Origin: Fistulifera solaris
Taxonomy: Eukaryota
Length of the DNA: 64,000 bases
NCBI GenBank assembly: GCA_030295235.1
Contig: AP026162.1
Location: 310,001 to 374,000, forward strand
Reading direction: 5' to 3'
Shown here: positions 60,420 through 64,000 of the stretch, piece after piece
How positions within the stretch are numbered: position 1 is the stretch's first letter
Layout: every line of letters begins with the position of its first letter
Position numbers and translations under genes: made by a program
Notes under the pieces: model-generated
What the model was told of the DNA's origin: nothing
What the model saw: only the letters and a program-made list of their open reading frames with translations
Databases searched by the model: none

Positions 60420-60794
60420 GATTGAAAGCAAATCACAACCGATATTACACTGTTATTATGCCTTTGTCTCGAATGTTTGAAAAGACAACTTCACACTTCA
60501 CTTTTGTTACAGAGATGGGGTCCGATCGCTGAATTTTTTTTGAATGACGATGAGTGCTGTGACGATGAGTGACTCACTCAAGCAAAGCGCGCGAGGCTCA
60601 ACAAATCCGGGACTGCCATGCAATCGTGAGAAAAGTCACATACACTTTCAGCTACTGTACCTGGTACCCCCGTGTCGGTCGTGTACCGTGTCGTAGCAGT
60701 ACCGATTGCTTACACAATCAAGGATAGTAATCAAAGTGTCTCATTGTTGCTTGGTGGGAGAAACTAACGATCCGGCTCCTGTCCCCCATAATTA

Positions 60795-61695
60795 TTACTT
60801 CTTCCTTTTCTTTTTCTTCGTTTTGCCAGCATTGACTGCATGTTCTGTATTCTCTGTTTGGAAACGAGCTATGGCTTCTTTTCGTCTCAATATCTTCAAT
60901 TCTCGTTCTTCCAGTGCTTGTTGAATTTTTCGTTGCTCCTCCATTTGCTTGCCTTCAAAATAATGCAAACATTCTTCTCGAATAGCCGGATCTAGTTGAA
61001 CAACTTGCGCGTCCTCACTGTACTCGCTCTTGTAATAACAATCCAGAATAATGCATGCCGCAGAATCATCCAAAGTACCGTACAGACTGGATTTACTTCC
61101 ACCTCCCAAAGCCAGTGCGGCCTTGGACGTATACCGCTCATCCCACAATACAATGGGAACCTGCGGCCCCAATTCCCGCAAGACACACGCAGCCAGCTCA
61201 TAGCAAAAGTCCATCGTCAAATTGGTTTGCTCGGCCACTGTCCCATTCTTGTGCAACGGCAGACCCACGACAATTTGGGAGGCCCGCTCGAGTTGCGCAA
61301 TGCGAACAATGTTCTGCACCACTTGTGTGCGATTCAAGTCACGCAAAATCGTTATGGGTTTGGGTTCATATCCCACCGTCATGGCGACTCCGGTTTTGAC
61401 CAGTCCGTAATCGACGCCGATGCTTTTCGTGCCCAATAATCGACAAGAGGATTGTGTGACAGCGGCAGCGGCGTCTATGAATCGGTCCGAATCCAGTTCT
61501 TGTTCATTGAATCGATCAATTTGTTGTCGAATGGATGAATCGTCTAGTCGATCAATGCGATTTGGAAGAAATTGTGTGATAGTGACGATGATGTTTGCTG
61601 GTTTTCGAAAAGCGCTTAAATGGATGTAAGGAAAATGTCCACGCATAACAACAAGTCCAAAGGACCGCCAGTATTATTCGCAACCCCCATGCCAT
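60795..61695 (-). CDS. YqgF/RuvX-family (putative pre-16S rRNA) nuclease, probably plastid-targeted; N-terminal indel
   Basis: IGVDYGLVKTGVA, VVGLPL, WDERYTS, LDDSAACIIL. Leader MAWGLRIILAVLWTCCYA-W from ATG 61695. Confidence 0.85.
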
Positions 61696-61706
61696 TGTGA
61701 TCAACA

Positions 61707-61788
61707 AAAGGTGTTCGTCGTTCTTTCTGTTTCAATGCAATTTCGGTAAAGGTGTTCGTCGTTCTTTCTGTTTCAATGCAATTTCGGT
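61707..61788. repeat. Perfect 41-bp tandem duplication
   Basis: AAAGGTGTTCGTCGTTCTTTCTGTTTCAATGCAATTTCGGT at 61707-61747 and 61748-61788. Confidence 0.92.
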
Positions 61789-62512
61789 ACGCTTTGAAAT
61801 TTTCGTTTTATTGTGCGCGATTTTTTGTGGTGGAACTGCGAATAACCTCCGTTTTCTGAGTTACGAGTACTATGGCCCAAAATGTTGGTTCAAGCAATCC
61901 ACGACTGAATTTAGTCATGATTCTTTATTTTGTCGACTTAGACTGCAACCGAAAGTCCAAGCTTTATTCCAACACAGTAGACTGTACCTGGTAAATGTTC
62001 TGACCAAGATGAAATAAGGGTAGGCACTATTTGCAATGCGTATCTTTGTTTTCTTGTCTCGAAAAGCTTTGTTTTAAAATCCTTGTCACGGTCAACTATG
62101 GGCTATGGGCCAAAGTGTATCTCAACTTTTCCAAGACTGCATTTCAGTCATGAACCATGATTTGGCATTTGATCTCTATGCCCCTCTCTTGTCTCTAGCC
62201 GTACAGTAACTTGGGTAATGGAATGAAGAACGGATACGAGAAGATATTACTGGCTGGGTAACGGTGGTGAGTGCCTGGTACTGATGAAGAACTTTTGCGC
62301 GACAAGGGACAAGGACACCGCCGAGAAATAATGAGCGTCTGTACTTGGTACGCCTCCCCGACAAAATGGAAACAATAAACCGCATACCGGTAAAACCGCA
62401 ACAATAACAAAAAGCGACAAAATGAAACGAGGCCTTCCTTGTAATGTTAATATCCTTCTTTCTCTCATCGTTTGTTAGTTAACTATAAATACAACGTCAC
62501 ATAATTACAACC

Positions 62513-63920
62513 ATGAGACTCACTCGAACACTACTCGACAAAGCGCGGAGTCTCAAGTCGCTCGCACTTTCGGTACATTTCAAACAACCCGAGTTGGGAA
62601 TGAAAGAATACGAAATCCTTTCGCGAGCGACAGCGTATTTAGTGGCGGTCGATCCTCCTTCCGAAGACGATGACGACGAGTCAGGGCCGTATTCACATCT
62701 GAAACGATCCGAGAAACAACGGGAAGAACGGCTGTTCCAGAATTTACACAAATATTCACAACCTACGGGTCCCGGGCGACAGATTATGGACCTCGGATGG
62801 CTGGAGTTTGTTCCACGTGAAGTGCGTCCTCAAGTACACATTGTGGCTTCCAGTCACGTCTTGGCTCCTTATCTGTAAGTGTCATTCGGAAGTATACATG
62901 CTGCTAGTTCTTCTTCCATTTGGCGAGTCGACGACTCACATTCGCACACATACGCACGCAGATGGCAAGATTATTATCCACAAGAATGGCTGAAGCGAGT
63001 ACGCGCCGAGCACTGTACCTACTCACTCGAAGTTTTCGATCCTAACAAACCGCAAGAAGCTCTGGCGAAATTGGCTTTGAATCGTGACGTGTTTCATCAT
63101 CCGGAAGGACGAGATATTGCTCTCATTCATTTGCAAGAAGAACATTCGTCACTCAAACTGTTGCGGCGCTTGGGTGTTGCCATGCATCGATTGCGTGATC
63201 CCGACAAATTGTATCAAAAGGAGAGGATTTACTGTTTGATGGCTTCGTCGTGTCGGAACGAAATGTAGCGGATAGTGAATCTTTCCGTGCCGCCGCATCC
63301 AAACAAAACAACAATCACAACGAAGACACTCGCGTCTTTTATCCATACACCGAACAAGGCAAATTGGCATTTCATACCAACGATCGCTTCTTTGCTACAA
63401 CACCCGAACCCCTTCCCGAAGGACTGTGCGGTGCGCCCGTTCTGGATCAAGATGGAGAATTGTGTGGGACAGTGGAAGGGATTGTCCCCGTCACGCACAA
63501 AGACCAGCGCTTGGCCGGCAGTGCTGCGTTTCTACCATCCTATATTGTACAATCCTTCATTGATTATGTGGAACGCGGATTGTTGCAGCAGATCATGCCG
63601 AAAGATTTGTTTGACTTGGTGGTGACGGCGAAAAGACCAATTCCATTGGAGGAGGATTCTTCAAAAAAGACAAGGACGGAAAATATACCGGATTGACAGA
63701 TGTGGAAGAAGCCTATGATTCCGCACTGGATACCTTGCAGAAACGATACACCCCCGAAGAATACCAGGCTATTTCGAAAACAATCGAGGACGAACGCAAA
63801 GAAGTATTGGAAATCATGGATAAGGAAGGTGGAGAACTAGACGAAATCATTGCACGTGTTCGAGCCAAGACGCTACAAATAAGAGAAATGGTGATGGATC
63901 AGTATCAAAAGGAAAGATAA
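62513..63920 (+). CDS. Trypsin-fold protease-like protein with Cys at the nucleophile position (GLCG); intron 62875-62961; indels near 63220 and 63635
   Basis: IVASSHV (His), RDIALIHL (Asp), PEGLCGAPVLDQDGELCG.VEG (GxSG-like motif with Cys); basic N-terminal leader. Confidence 0.65.
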
Positions 63921-64000
63921 AATTCCCTAGCAAGTAGATTTTTTAATAAGAATATAGCAACACGTTTGCTTCACACATCAATATCGTTTACATGGCCTTG

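Noticed and set aside
9749..61695. Ribosome-biogenesis gene cluster (NOP2, UTP12, DEAD-box, YqgF)
   Set aside because: The genes are tens of kb apart, interspersed with unrelated genes, and serve different compartments.
62176..62468. Short minus-strand ORFs and a CTGATGA motif
   Set aside because: No coding signature, and no hammerhead or C/D partner elements in correct spacing.
9749..63920. Calling the frameshifted genes pseudogenes or programmed-frameshift genes
   Set aside because: The indels sit mostly in homopolymers, go in both directions, hit essential genes, and are not accompanied by nonsense or motif decay.

Overview
Gene-dense eukaryotic nuclear DNA, most likely from a pennate diatom. 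This is inferred from the short GT-AG introns (mostly 60-190 nt), bipartite plastid-targeting leaders (signal peptide + F/W) and an FBP1-like siderophore-binding gene. The window begins inside a ~210-270-bp satellite with a 3-monomer (677/678-bp) higher-order repeat. About 30 protein genes follow: RAD17, TPR protein, cytochrome P450, SLC37-like MFS, NOP2, METTL21-like methyltransferase, two head-to-head copines, UTP12/WDR3, PTPA, sarcosine/dimethylglycine dehydrogenase, a Cys-rich secreted protein, a probably mitochondrial topoisomerase II, M43 protease, SAM-domain protein, transglutaminase-like protein, FBP1-like protein, Gfo/Idh/MocA, plastid DEAD-box helicase, Asp/Asn beta-hydroxylase, HSF, kinase, SOUL, YqgF and a trypsin-fold GxCG protein. 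More than half of the genes carry 1-bp indels, mostly at homopolymers, best explained as long-read consensus errors rather than pseudogenes. The most notable non-coding observations are: (1) a ~600-nt rod-like fold-back filling an abnormally long (838-nt) intron inside the HSF DNA-binding domain; (2) a 13-copy, ~52-bp-phased array of the palindrome TTCCAGAA-T-TTCTGGAA (HSE-like) between divergent NOP2 and methyltransferase genes; (3) an intronic box C/D snoRNA in UTP12 antisense to LSU rRNA (yeast Um898/snR40-equivalent site); (4) a TAC-Nn-GTA motif family seen only in non-coding DNA. All calls are by eye; no searches or folding programs were run.
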